Shown piece after piece: positions 47,601-55,073 of a stretch of DNA of 64,000 nt. The first letter of the stretch is position 1, and each line of letters begins with the position of its first letter. Both the position numbers and the translations under genes were made by a program. The stretch covers positions 18,182,678 to 18,246,677 of the forward strand of contig NC_068987.1 in NCBI RefSeq assembly GCF_001194135.2, written 5' to 3'. The notes beneath the pieces are model-generated. The model saw nothing but the letters and a program-made list of their open reading frames with translations. It was not told the origin of the DNA and did not search any database. This stretch comes from Octopus bimaculoides (taxonomy: Eukaryota).

Positions 47601-47749
47601 TATGTATTATCCGCGTATGTCTCTAGATTTAGTTTCATCATTACATTTTATACAACAGTGCTTGCTACTGATATATCTAGTTGAATATACATACATAGTT
47701 TAAATTGCCGTTGTGGCTCGCTCTTGGATTCTTTCTTCGATTTCTGCAT
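4465..47749 (-). CDS. TAF2: Transcription initiation factor TFIID subunit 2, whole spliced gene (30 visible coding exons plus one missing in a gap)
   Basis: Spliced translation gives recognisable TAF2 blocks in order: [160 protein letters not shown] and a [16 protein letters not shown] tail. All visible introns are GT-AG and phases are consistent except across the gap-containing intron. Confidence 0.97.
5804..5969 (-). CDS. TAF2: TAF2 exon 30 ([55 protein letters not shown])
   Basis: Acceptor TTTTATTCAG, donor G|GTAAGA; 166 nt. Confidence 0.75.
6020..6310. repeat. (CA)n-derived minisatellite filling TAF2 intron 29
   Basis: Recurring CACACACAGACATGTATA units; source of many H/T/C/V pseudo-ORFs. 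Confidence 0.9.
6326..6901 (-). CDS. TAF2: TAF2 exon 29, Pro/Thr/Ala low-complexity ([13 protein letters not shown]...[10 protein letters not shown])
   Basis: Acceptor TTTCTTTTTAG, donor GTAAGT; 576 nt open, phase 0-0; overlaps ORF 5957-6847. Confidence 0.85.
8481..8963 (-). CDS. TAF2: TAF2 exon 28, Pro/Ala/Thr low-complexity ([10 protein letters not shown]...[11 protein letters not shown])
   Basis: Acceptor TTTCTTTCTTAG, donor GTAAGT; 483 nt open, phase 0-0, in frame with exon 27. Confidence 0.85.
9981..10080 (-). CDS. TAF2: TAF2 exon 27 ([33 protein letters not shown])
   Basis: Acceptor TTCTCTACAG, donor GTAAGT; 100 nt. Confidence 0.96.
10210..10736. mobile_element. piggyBac-like MITE carrying a nested SINE-B
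   Basis: TTAACCCTTTGACTGTCC ... GGACAGGCCAAGGGTTAA (16/18 inverted match); SINE-B at ~10243-10530 inside. Confidence 0.7.
12400..12504 (-). CDS. TAF2: TAF2 exon 26 ([34 protein letters not shown])
   Basis: Acceptor TTATTGCAG, donor GTAAGA; 105 nt. Confidence 0.95.
13183..13252 (-). CDS. TAF2: TAF2 exon 25 ([22 protein letters not shown])
   Basis: Acceptor TTCTGTTGCAG, donor GTAAAG; 70 nt. Confidence 0.92.
14257..14396 (-). CDS. TAF2: TAF2 exon 24 ([46 protein letters not shown])
   Basis: Acceptor TGTGTCGCAG, donor GTGAGT; 140 nt. Confidence 0.96.
14600..14778. repeat. GAA/GAG purine-rich tandem repeat in TAF2 intron 23
   Basis: Recurring GAAGATGAAGAGGAGGAGAAGGAGAAGGT units. Confidence 0.85.
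14832..14948 (-). CDS. TAF2: TAF2 exon 23 ([38 protein letters not shown])
   Basis: Acceptor CTTCTTCCCCAG, donor GTCAGC; 117 nt. Confidence 0.95.
15100..15650 (-). mobile_element. SINE family B, long copy (GGTTGGCGTTAGGAAGGGCATCCAGC core, (GAT)n tail)
   Basis: About 17 recognisable copies: ~5027-5130, 10243-10530(+), 11918-12350, 13930-14091, 18435-18760, 19348-19670, 20788-20986, 28750-28935(+), 32125-32325, 33015-33315(+), 38718-39020, 39490-39625(+), 40190-40345(+), 43585-43726, 53965-54128(+), 58741-59380. Source of the recurrent [11 protein letters not shown] pseudo-ORFs. Confidence 0.85.
15909..15994 (-). CDS. TAF2: TAF2 exon 22 ([28 protein letters not shown])
   Basis: Acceptor ATCTGCAG, donor GTAAGT; 86 nt. 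Confidence 0.95.
17150..17260 (-). CDS. TAF2: TAF2 exon 21 ([37 protein letters not shown])
   Basis: Acceptor TTCATTACAG, donor GTAAGT; 111 nt. Confidence 0.96.
17749..17889 (-). CDS. TAF2: TAF2 exon 20 ([47 protein letters not shown])
   Basis: Acceptor TTATTTGTAG, donor GTAAGA; 141 nt. Confidence 0.96.
18845..19095. mobile_element. hAT/Charlie-like MITE fragment
   Basis: Ends TTGAGAACCCCTG. Similar CAGTGNTTCTCAA-type termini at ~11150-11255, 20343-20410, 53113-53250 and 53888-53945. Confidence 0.45.
19193..19312 (-). CDS. TAF2: TAF2 exon 19 ([40 protein letters not shown])
   Basis: Acceptor CTTTCAAG, donor GTAAGT; 120 nt. Confidence 0.95.
21320..21452 (-). CDS. TAF2: TAF2 exon 18 ([44 protein letters not shown])
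   Basis: Acceptor CTTTTTAG, donor GTAAGT; 133 nt. Confidence 0.96.
21560..21950. mobile_element. Two tandem diverged partial copies of another TTAA/CCC MITE
   Basis: TTAACCCTTTTG at ~21561 and TTAACCTTTTTG at ~21719, followed by the shared block TTTGTTTCAATTAATTTTGAAAATAATGA; ends GGTATCAAAAACAGGTTAA. Confidence 0.55.
22036..22101 (-). CDS. TAF2: TAF2 exon 17 ([21 protein letters not shown])
   Basis: Acceptor TTTTCCAG, donor GTAAGA; 66 nt. Confidence 0.96.
22810..22919 (-). CDS. TAF2: TAF2 exon 16 ([36 protein letters not shown])
   Basis: Acceptor TTTCATTTCAG, donor GTGAGT; 110 nt. Confidence 0.96.
23316..24297 (+). mobile_element. Candidate non-autonomous Helitron-like element
   Basis: A|TC start after (TA)n, CCAATTTTCACCAAACTT motif near the 5' end, CTAG|T end; only a weak 4-bp subterminal stem; single copy in the window. 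Confidence 0.4.
24711..24825 (-). CDS. TAF2: TAF2 exon 15 ([38 protein letters not shown])
   Basis: Acceptor TCCTTAATTCGTCGTCAG, donor GTAAGT; 115 nt. Confidence 0.94.
24836..24843 (-). promoter_or_regulatory. U12-type branch site TCCTTAAT (TAF2 intron 14)
   Basis: TCCTTAAY 11-12 nt upstream of the exon 15 AG, no polypyrimidine tract; the matching donor is not visible. Confidence 0.7.
25716..25989 (-). mobile_element. Degenerate RTE/BovB-like LINE 3' ORF fragment
   Basis: [58 protein letters not shown] resembles the RTE motif LRWxGHVxRMxxxRLPKQLLYGELxxGxRxxGxPKKRYKDQLK. Confidence 0.65.
26314..27042. other. Assembly gap, most likely location of missing TAF2 exon 14 (alternative: gap 25213-25390)
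   Basis: Exon 13 ends in phase 0 and exon 15 starts in phase 2. The conserved peptide between them (human FLKSISNVSGKDIQPLIKQW) was not found in the visible sequence 24826-27692. Confidence 0.6.
27060..27191. repeat. 44-bp tandem repeat, 3 copies, abutting a gap
   Basis: Units start at 27060, 27104 and 27148 (AGTGATCGTTGG...TCAAATCCA...ACTCTCA). Confidence 0.85.
27693..27785 (-). CDS. TAF2: TAF2 exon 13 ([31 protein letters not shown])
   Basis: Acceptor TTTTGCAG, donor GTAAGT; 93 nt. Confidence 0.94.
29311..29511 (-). CDS. TAF2: TAF2 exon 12 ([10 protein letters not shown]...LHFSVKNPH...[20 protein letters not shown])
   Basis: Acceptor TTATTGTAG, donor GTAAAG; 201 nt. Confidence 0.95.
31797..32110 (+). 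mobile_element. SINE family E (tRNA-like head, GAGCAAGAYAC...TTGCTCCAGT block)
   Basis: Second diverged copy at ~60285-60680; the central block is shared with the copies at 11680-11770 and 57115-57170. Confidence 0.6.
32501..32600 (-). CDS. TAF2: TAF2 exon 11 ([33 protein letters not shown])
   Basis: Acceptor TTAATTGGCAG, donor GTAAGC; 100 nt. Confidence 0.95.
33841..34137. mobile_element. piggyBac-like MITE (TTAA TSD, CCCATTACCT TIR)
   Basis: Perfect terminal inverted repeat TTAACCCATTACCT ... AGGTAATGGGTTAA. Confidence 0.8.
34597..34710 (-). CDS. TAF2: TAF2 exon 10 ([37 protein letters not shown])
   Basis: Acceptor GTTTTCAG, donor GTAAGT; 114 nt. Confidence 0.96.
36216..36334 (-). CDS. 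TAF2: TAF2 exon 9 ([39 protein letters not shown])
   Basis: Acceptor TCACAG, donor GTAAGT; 119 nt. Confidence 0.96.
36980..37082 (-). CDS. TAF2: TAF2 exon 8 ([34 protein letters not shown])
   Basis: Acceptor TATTTCAG, donor GTAAGT; 103 nt. Confidence 0.96.
37901..38095 (-). CDS. TAF2: TAF2 exon 7 ([21 protein letters not shown]...PNIALAI)
   Basis: Matches ORF 37897-38094; acceptor TTTTTAG, donor GTAAGT; 195 nt. Confidence 0.96.
39262..39403 (-). CDS. TAF2: TAF2 exon 6 ([46 protein letters not shown])
   Basis: Acceptor TTTTTTCAG, donor GTGAAT; 142 nt. Confidence 0.94.
39948..40066 (-). CDS. TAF2: TAF2 exon 5 ([39 protein letters not shown])
   Basis: Acceptor TGTTTCAG, donor GTTAGT; 119 nt. 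Confidence 0.94.
41230..41530 (+). mobile_element. Degenerate RTE-clade LINE fragment (C-terminal to RT)
   Basis: DSFC*PGD...[14 protein letters not shown]...VKSRLYDAC...MLHDSEMW...LEINEASML resembles the RTE consensus FCYLGD...ARVRxAWKKFRELL...LYGSETW...LERNEASML. Confidence 0.75.
42355..42569 (-). mobile_element. SINE family C (tail type 1), full-length copy
   Basis: Head GGCGAGCTGGCAGAATCGTTAG and B box GAGTTCAAATTC; body TTGCCTTTCATCCTTTCG...AAGTACCAG. Other copies at ~2578-2865, 3460-3660, 3690-3895, 6950-7080, 7525-7880, 9058-9240, 27955-28130, 34235-34430, 41580-41800, 45155-45350, 52700-52915(+), 53290-53440(+). Confidence 0.85.
42749..42839 (-). CDS. TAF2: TAF2 exon 4 ([29 protein letters not shown])
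   Basis: Acceptor TTCTTTAACATTACACAG, donor GTAAGT; 91 nt. Confidence 0.94.
42849..42857 (-). promoter_or_regulatory. U12-type branch site TTCTTTAAC (TAF2 intron 3)
   Basis: One mismatch to TTCCTTAAC, branch A about 10-11 nt upstream of the AG, no polypyrimidine tract. Confidence 0.85.
44251..44260 (-). promoter_or_regulatory. U12-type 5' splice site GTATCCTTTA (TAF2 intron 3)
   Basis: Exact match to the RTATCCTTT minor-intron donor at an exon boundary required by the reading frame. Confidence 0.92.
44261..44333 (-). CDS. TAF2: TAF2 exon 3 ([24 protein letters not shown])
   Basis: Acceptor TTTTCAG; donor A|GTATCCTTT (U12 type); 73 nt. Confidence 0.93.
45397..45449 (-). CDS. TAF2: TAF2 exon 2 ([17 protein letters not shown])
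   Basis: Acceptor TTCTTCTACAG, donor GTAAGT; 53 nt, phase 1 to 0. Confidence 0.92.
47695..47749 (-). CDS. TAF2: TAF2 exon 1 ([18 protein letters not shown] +1 nt)
   Basis: ATG in TTTTACCATG context; donor T|GTATGT; aligns to the RPYKL/RPFKL N-terminal motif. Confidence 0.85.
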
Positions 47750-48730
47750 GGTAAAAACCTAAATACCCGCCGGTATGGAAGTGAAATAGTTATACATATA
47801 GGATGATAATGGTAAATAATAACTCCAGATAGCTGTGGCACATGTGAATAACAAACAACCGCTCAAGACAAAAAAAAAAGTGTCGGTCGTTAATTGGCAT
47901 AGCCTTAGTTTCGTAAAAGCTACGTTTCACACATACACACACACACGCACACATACATACATACACGTGTATGTACAGCTTAATCTACCGTTTAATTCAG
48001 TTTTGGTGTTTTCACTTTTATTTTCTACTACATATTAGATGAAAAAAATATTTAAAAGGAAATTTATCGAAAGAATGCCGTATTTTTAATTTCAGAGAAA
48101 ATATATATCGCAAAAATGTAAAACTTCATTAATTCTTCTTAAAATTGTGTCTTTTTATAAGGAGTAAATAGAATTTATTAAAATAACCATTTCAAATAAA
48201 CAAATGTCATGAAATGAAAATGGTTTTAATTCGTTTAATTTAAATCATTTTGAAATCAAATTTGTTCTGTTGCTTTAAAAATAATTCCACGTACAGCAAA
48301 ATATCCAGTGCTTGGAAAAACTTTCAGCAACAGATAAACACACGCACATGTAACAATTAACATAATACATATACATATACACAACTTTTAAAACTCTGCT
48401 GCTTGTGGTTTCCTTTGTCATTCAAATAATTATTAATTTAAACGTTTTATAAAATTTAAATATGCATATATATTTTTTTTTAAGCTGATTAAAATTATAA
48501 AATGTGTAAGGCGAATATTTTGTAACTAGCTTTGCTAAGTGTACATTGCGATTTCGACGTTGACAGCTCAGCAAATGTAGCAGTGAGTGTGGCAGGCGGC
48601 TTCGCGATTTCCTTGCTGTTTAAATGTCTGTTTTTGCTGTTTTATTTAGTTTATGCCACTGCTTAGGAAAGCTGTTTTAGTTTGTAACCTTTTATTCTAG
48701 CTGTGATTAAGTTTAAATTCACCTGCCACA
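47750..48730. promoter_or_regulatory. Probable bidirectional promoter and 5' UTR region between TAF2 and ArfGAP1
   Basis: Divergent start codons 981 bp apart; no SINE copies; local CpG-containing patches at 47760-47900 and 48540-48620. TSSs cannot be seen from sequence. Confidence 0.6.
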
Positions 48731-48790
48731 ATGGCTAGTCCGCGAACCAGAAGAGTCTTGAAAGATCTCCGTATAAAGGATGGAAATACT
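48731..48790 (+). CDS. ARFGAP1: ADP-ribosylation factor GTPase-activating protein 1, coding exon 1 (MASPRTRRVLKDLRIKDGNT)
   Basis: MASPRTRRVL is the characteristic ArfGAP1 N-terminus; donor GTAAGA, phase 0. Too short for the ORF track. Confidence 0.93.
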
Positions 48791-49901
48791 GTAAGATGTT
48801 TTAAAATATTTCATCATTGTTTTTAAATCGTTTTGTTATATATTTTCAACTGTAGATTTCTTCTTGTTTGATGTGAAACAAATAAATTCTATTTGTTACT
48901 CTGATTTTTTTTTTTCTTTTCGCTATCCTAGTTCTGAAATGATTAACACTTTTTAACAAATTACATGTAAAGATCGTAGGCGTGCAGATAGAAGAAAGAA
49001 AGAAATTAAAGATCCCGTGGTTATAGACCTACAAGATGTGTCTGAACTCCCCCGAAGCTACATTTACTTACAATCAAAGCAACAGATTTCTAATCTAAAC
49101 CACATGAACCTATTATTTTCCCCTCTTTTTCTGAATTTCATTTTTTACTACTTAAACACACCACCCACATAATCCGGCCATTCATTGATAGTTAATGGGT
49201 TAAACAAAGCTTTTTTTTTTTTTTCTATTCAGTATTGTTCTCGCTATATTATCGTTTTGAGGTTAATTATAATTAATTTAATCCTTTAAATATGCTACTG
49301 TGATCCATCTATATCTGTATTTCCTTGTGAACATTGTATCAATGTCTCCCATACAGTCAATTTGTTCTGTTGTCTCCTGTAGGTAGGTAGGGTGTGTGAC
49401 GGTGGGGAAAGCACTCGCCTGTTAACAAAATCGAAAGCAACACAAACTTACCTTTCAGTTGCACCAGATGTTAGGACACGTTTCTATCTATCTTAGCAAA
49501 CTATGTTTATTTACCTATTATTCCAAATTAAATCGAACAATCTCTAACATCTGGAAGGGTTTTATTTTGTCTTATATTAATATTCTTCAAAAAATTAAAC
49601 TGAAGCTATTAAGTCTGTTTGCCTCTATTCTTCATATAACTAACTGTAGGTGATCTTGAAATATGTTAACTCGGCAATTTCGACAATTTATTCTCTTAGA
49701 AAATGTTATTTGTCAGAATTTTTCTAAGATATTCATCTGTTCTATGGATATTCTCTCCTTCCTTCCCACACCTTTCTTGTCATCGAAAAGACAGATTGCC
49801 AAACACGACCACTTCCTCTGTAGTGATTGACACGTGAAAGGAATCCGTCATATATCACACTGGTTTAGAGTCTTTCTAATTTGGTTAATCAAATAATTAC
49901 C

Positions 49902-49946
<45 letters not shown>

Positions 49947-50486
49947 TATATATACATATATATTTACACACATTTAAATGTGTGTATCATTTCAACTTAT
50001 TTGGTTTTACATTGGTATTCGGCGATTGAAGAAAATTTTTCGAGTTTTCTTGGATATTTTTGTTTAAACTGATTATTTGGATAAATATATTGTACTAGTT
50101 TCTGCATTATTTATTTGTTTATTTTATAAATTAATCTACACGATCATACCTCTGAAAATTTATGTAACTAGTGTATTATTGAGCTAGGGGAGTTTCCAGC
50201 TACCCGTTGTAGATTTGCTTAAAAAAAGAAAATCAATATTATAATGATTTTGATTTCCTATAGTTTATAGTGAGTAGATACACGCGGGCGGTGGCACTCG
50301 CTCGCAGACATACAGATATAGATATGTGTGTGAGGAGAGAGAGAAATCCACGTATGTCTGATGTATTTCATTCAACACAATCCAAAGGCTGTCGGGAAAT
50401 GACGCCTTAAAGAATTAGCTTGTTTTTCCGTAGTGTCAACCTTGAAAGACAAAACACCCACACACACCTAGATATAATACGAGTGT

Positions 50487-50522
<36 letters not shown>

Positions 50523-51551
50523 CTCACGTTGTTAATTTGTACGCTAAACTGTTTCTTGAATCTTAAATTCAGGAATTACGTTAGCAGATTTCTTCGTTGA
50601 CATTTCGCAACAAGTTGTCTTGTCATATGGATCGGAATGAGCCAGATTAATTGGTTGATCCTACATACCTGGACATTCTGTTTCAGATTAAAAAGATAAA
50701 AGGTACATTCAGTGTGTGTGTGTGTGTGTCGATTGACAACCTCGGTTGTCAGATGGAGAGATCTGGATGTTTTCGCTCTCTGACGAGAAATAGCATGCGA
50801 CCTTGTGTCCTGTGTGTGTGTAATTTATTTTGGTCGAGTCAATCTCTTGTTACTCTGGATGTCGCCCGTGTGTGTACAGGATCCGCAGACAAGTTGTGTC
50901 TTAGCTTGTCTGAAGATGCTGACCAAATACAATACATATTTTATTTCTACCATGATATTGAGTACTGACCCCCACCACAGTCAACATACACACAATCAAT
51001 ATATACATAGTTGTTTTCTTTTGTCATTTGTTCACCCCTTGATCTCATTGATCGTCGTACACTTCGCTTTGTTGTACTAATTTTTCACGTATGTTTTTGA
51101 ATATTAGAAATTAAAAATCTGCCGGATTTTCTTTTTTAAAAACCAAAAACCGAATCTATTGTCTTATATTATTTGTTTTGTGACAATATGGCTTTTATAT
51201 GAAATTTTCAAATAGTATTAAGACTTTGTATGTTGAGATCCCAAAAACTTTGTTCTGTGCCCGTTCACTGAATGGTAATTAGTGCTGAAGAAGCAAGAAT
51301 ACAGTAGTACTATCAATATTGTCGCGGTATTTAAACGCAAATTTAAACCATATTGTTCCAATCTATCTTCAAAATTTAGTTTTTCTTAGCATATATTTCA
51401 GTGTAGTTCATTACTTTTTCTGAATTAAAATTTTCTTCGTTATTTTTCCTTCATATTCTAAAAACTTTATTTAATTTTTTTTTTTTTTAAATATCTAGGC
51501 GTATTATGTAATTAATAAGCTCGGAACACAGTAACAAAAATCAGGGCTTGA

Positions 51552-51602
51552 CTCTCTCTCTCTCTCTTTGTCTTTCTTTCTCTCTCTCTCTATCTATCTA
51601 TC

Positions 51603-51693
<91 letters not shown>
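51552..51693. repeat. Compound microsatellite (CT)n(CTAT)n(AT)n(AG)n(G)n
   Basis: Read directly from the sequence. Confidence 0.9.
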
Positions 51694-52937
51694 TTAAAAA
51701 GTCACAGGAGTTTTGTCCTAAGTGGGTTTTGTCTGGATCCCATAAATTAATTGTGGCTTTTTTTCCGGTCACCATATATATAGAGAGAGAGACAGACAGA
51801 CATCTAGACACGTTCAGGATGTTTCATATTGATGGGATACATTTTGTAATTTACAAACTCAACGGGTAACTTGCCCATCTTTAAATGTGCTTGTTCCAGT
51901 CCTAGCTATTTTCCTATCAAAATATATCCTCTCATTATGAGACACCCTCTGTGTGTGTGTGTGTTGAATGTACATGGTCTGAAATTCCACCGAACAAAGG
52001 GTCCACACATTTTTTTTGTTTTTTTGTTTTTCTTACTCTTTCATTCAAGCAAACTATCCCCTCGACTACATCATCTTCAGTGTCCTTCCTTGAAAAAGAA
52101 TCGGTAGCATAGGGTAGTTTGTGGTTGGCTCTCGCTAACCGGTCGTGTAACAACTTAGAGGTTCCTTGTCTTGTGTAATCTATGTGTTGATTCCAAGCTC
52201 TGTCGACGAGTCAGCCAACCATATTTGCTCACCTCTCCAAAAGGCCGGTTCTGGTATTATATAATTTTTTTAAACTACAGTTGTTGGCTCTTATCCTCTC
52301 TCAGCTTTTAATTAGTGCTATATTTGAATTTTCATAACATAACTATGTTCTACCCTACGATTTTTTTTTTAGCTTCCTTTTTCCTTTTCTTTTCTCCCGA
52401 CTCAACAAATGTCTTACATCTTGAGACTAAAATTCCCTCATTGTCGTGGATTCTGATTTTATCCAAAATCGAAAAGTTCTACGAAATATCCTGATTTGTT
52501 ATATATATATATATATATATATTTTTAGATTTGTCAACCTTTTTAAATGTCAGTTATTTTTAATCCTATCATAATTGTTTGTGCTTTTGTAAGTGTGTGT
52601 TTATTTTTTTCTAAGGCATTTCTTCCAGCCAGCATGGATATGGACTTTATGTCTCCAACACATTATTATTACATTGTTGAAGCGGCAAGCTCAACAAAAT
52701 GCTTGGCGGCACTTCTTCTAACTTTACATTCTGAGTTCAAATGCTAGTGGCATTTCATGTCCTCACCTTCTGAAATCAAATTCCGCCAGGTTTGACTTTG
52801 CCTTTCATCCTTTTGGGGGTCAATAAAATAAGTACCAGTCTAGCACTGGGGATCAATGTAATCAATTATCCCCCTCCCAGAAACTGCTGGCCTTGTGCCA
52901 AAATTTGAAATCAATACTATAATAATATTATACAATA

Positions 52938-53097
52938 CTAGGATCTTTTTGGTTTGAAAGAACTTATTAAGAACTAATTTTTGTTAAGAAGGCTAAGAGA
53001 AAAAGATGTTTTATATGACACATTCTACCAGTATCCCAAGTTTGAAAGTGTTTCGTTAAGAAAACAAGTGTTGCTCGTCAAACCAAAAAGATCCCAA
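52938..53097. mobile_element. 160-bp MITE with ~20-bp TIR and TA TSD (Tc1/mariner-like)
   Basis: TA-CTAGGATCTTTTTGGTTTGA ... TCAAACCAAAAAGATCCCAA-TA. Confidence 0.7.
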
Positions 53098-54296
53098 TAC
53101 TATACTAACCCATAAGTTCTCAAAGTGGGCGCTACCGCCCCCTAGTGGGCATTGAGACTGTCTAGGTAGGCGCTGGTGCCTAAGGGGGTGGAGCAGTTGA
53201 GAAAAAGATGGCAGTGGATTGGGGGACGCTATGACTTTATTAATATTATTATAGTATTGTATAATATACTAGCGTTGTGGGTAAGGTGGCAAAATGATTA
53301 GTGGCATTTCATGTCTTTACATTCTGAGTTCAAATTCTACCTGGGTTGATTTTGCCTTTCATCCTTTCAGGGTTGATAAAATAAGTACCAGTTAATCGAC
53401 TTTCTCCTCTCCCCTGAACTTTGTGCCAAAATTTGAAACCAGTATTAGTGTTGTTGTTGTTGTTGTTGTTAAGTCTCATGTCAGCCCCAAATCAAAGACC
53501 ATGTTGTCTTTAAGATTAATTTCCTGGAAGCTGAGTAAGATTGGCAAGCATGGCCAGGTTGAATGGGTTTGCGCTGAATCTGCCCCTGCAAGCCTCTGAT
53601 ATTGAATGAAATAGGGGATTTGTGAGAGGTTCCCTGTTTAGTCCATATTAGCAATTCTCCTTTTGGGGCATATCTTACATTTTTACTCTTAACCCCCATG
53701 CTATAACATTCCCCCAGCTCTCCTTTTATGTAATTTTGTTCAATAATCAAAGACATTGCAGTCATCACCTTCTTATCTTTTTGTACATCCTTGGCTACAT
53801 TGTCCGAAGTGTCCTTTATTTAAAATGGTAGTGAGTGCTTTGGAGAAAATTTGGCTGCTATTTCTAATAGATCAAGCGACCAGCTCTAGCAATGGTTCTC
53901 AACCAGGGTCTACATGACCATGAGGAATCCATAGAAGATTTTGTTAGAATTTATGTGTCAGTGACACATAAAAGGTACCCATACCTGTGACATGTAAAAG
54001 GCACCCAGTACACTCTGTAAAGTGGTTGGTTGTAGGAAGGGTATCCAGCCATAGAAATCAAACCAAAACAGACTGGAGCCTGGTGCAGCTCTCTGGCTTA
54101 CCATCTTCAATCAAGCCATCTAACCCATAGGTTCTCAGGGTCGATAAATGAAGTACCAGTTACGCACTAGAGTCAATGTAATCGACTTAATTCCTTTGTC
54201 TGTCCTTGTTTGTCCCTTCTATGTTTAGCCCCTTGTGGGCAATAAAGAAATAAGAAACTATGTGGAAACCTATTCTTTTTGTTTTAGTTGGAACAC

Positions 54297-54529
54297 TTAA
54301 CCCTCTAGCATTTAAACCAGCCATATCTGACCAGAATATTCTACCTATCTTATTATATTCAAACTGACCAAATCCGGCCCCTCACACCTACCCTACAATG
54401 TCATCCTAAAAATAAACAATGACATCATCAAAATCTCAATGCTACAAGATAATGCATGATTGATTCAAAACACTAATAATGAATTGATATGCATCACATT
54501 CAACAGTTATCTGAATGCTAAAGGGTTAA
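54297..54529 (+). mobile_element. piggyBac-like MITE family F, complete (TTAA TSD, CCCTYTAGCATT TIR)
   Basis: TTAA-CCCTCTAGCATT...AATGCTAAAGGG-TTAA. Other copies at ~10756-10910, 44691-44918(-), 44919-45130(+), 56342-56560. Confidence 0.8.
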
Positions 54530-54687
54530 TCTACTGTCCTGTTTAATACTGCCACCCAACAACTTGGGTCCTTTTAGTGACATTCATGCTAGGTCTCAGA
54601 TCTGAGAATTATATCCTGTTTTTCCCTTCAACCAGTTTCAGAAGCCTTGGAAAGGATGATGGGGCAAGTGCTCTTATCCTTTCCTCT

Positions 54688-55073
54688 TTGTTGTTGGCAC
54701 TCCGTCGCTTACGACGTCGAGGGTTCCAGTTGATCCTATCAACGGAACAGCCTGCTCGTGAAATTAACGTGCAAGTGGCTGAGCACTCCACAGACACGTG
54801 TACCCTTAACGTAGTTCTCGGGGCTATTCAGCATGACACAGTGTGACAAGGCAGACCCTTTGAATTACAGGCACAACAGAAACAGGAAGAAAGAGTGAGA
54901 GAAAGTTGTGGTGAAAGAGTACAGCAAGGTTCGCCACCATCCCCTGCAGGAGCCTCATGGAGCTTTAGGTGTTTTCCCTCAATAAACACTCACAACGCCC
55001 GGTCTGGGAATTGAAACCGCAATCTTATGACCGCGTGTCCGCTGCCCTAACCACTGGGCCATTGCGCCTCCAC
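54688..55073 (-). mobile_element. SINE family D, full-length with 13-bp TSD TATCCTTTCCTCT
   Basis: tRNA-like head GGAGGCGCAATGGCCCAGTGGTTAGGGCAGCGG, (CAA)n tail; TSD at 54675-54687 and 55074-55086. Related copies at 25391-25713(+), ~11530-11830(-), ~57052-57365(+). Confidence 0.88.

Noticed and set aside
50676-50712. Micro-exon-like TTTCAG|ATTAAAAAGATAAAAG|GTACAT in ArfGAP1 intron 1
   Set aside because: 16 nt would frameshift the conserved exon 1-2 junction, the donor is weak, and there is no supporting evidence.
55000-55073. tRNA gene calls for this and other A/B-box sequences (e.g. 56572, 42500-42569)
   Set aside because: They continue into repeated SINE bodies and tails, some with TSDs, and lack a complete cloverleaf and Pol III terminator.
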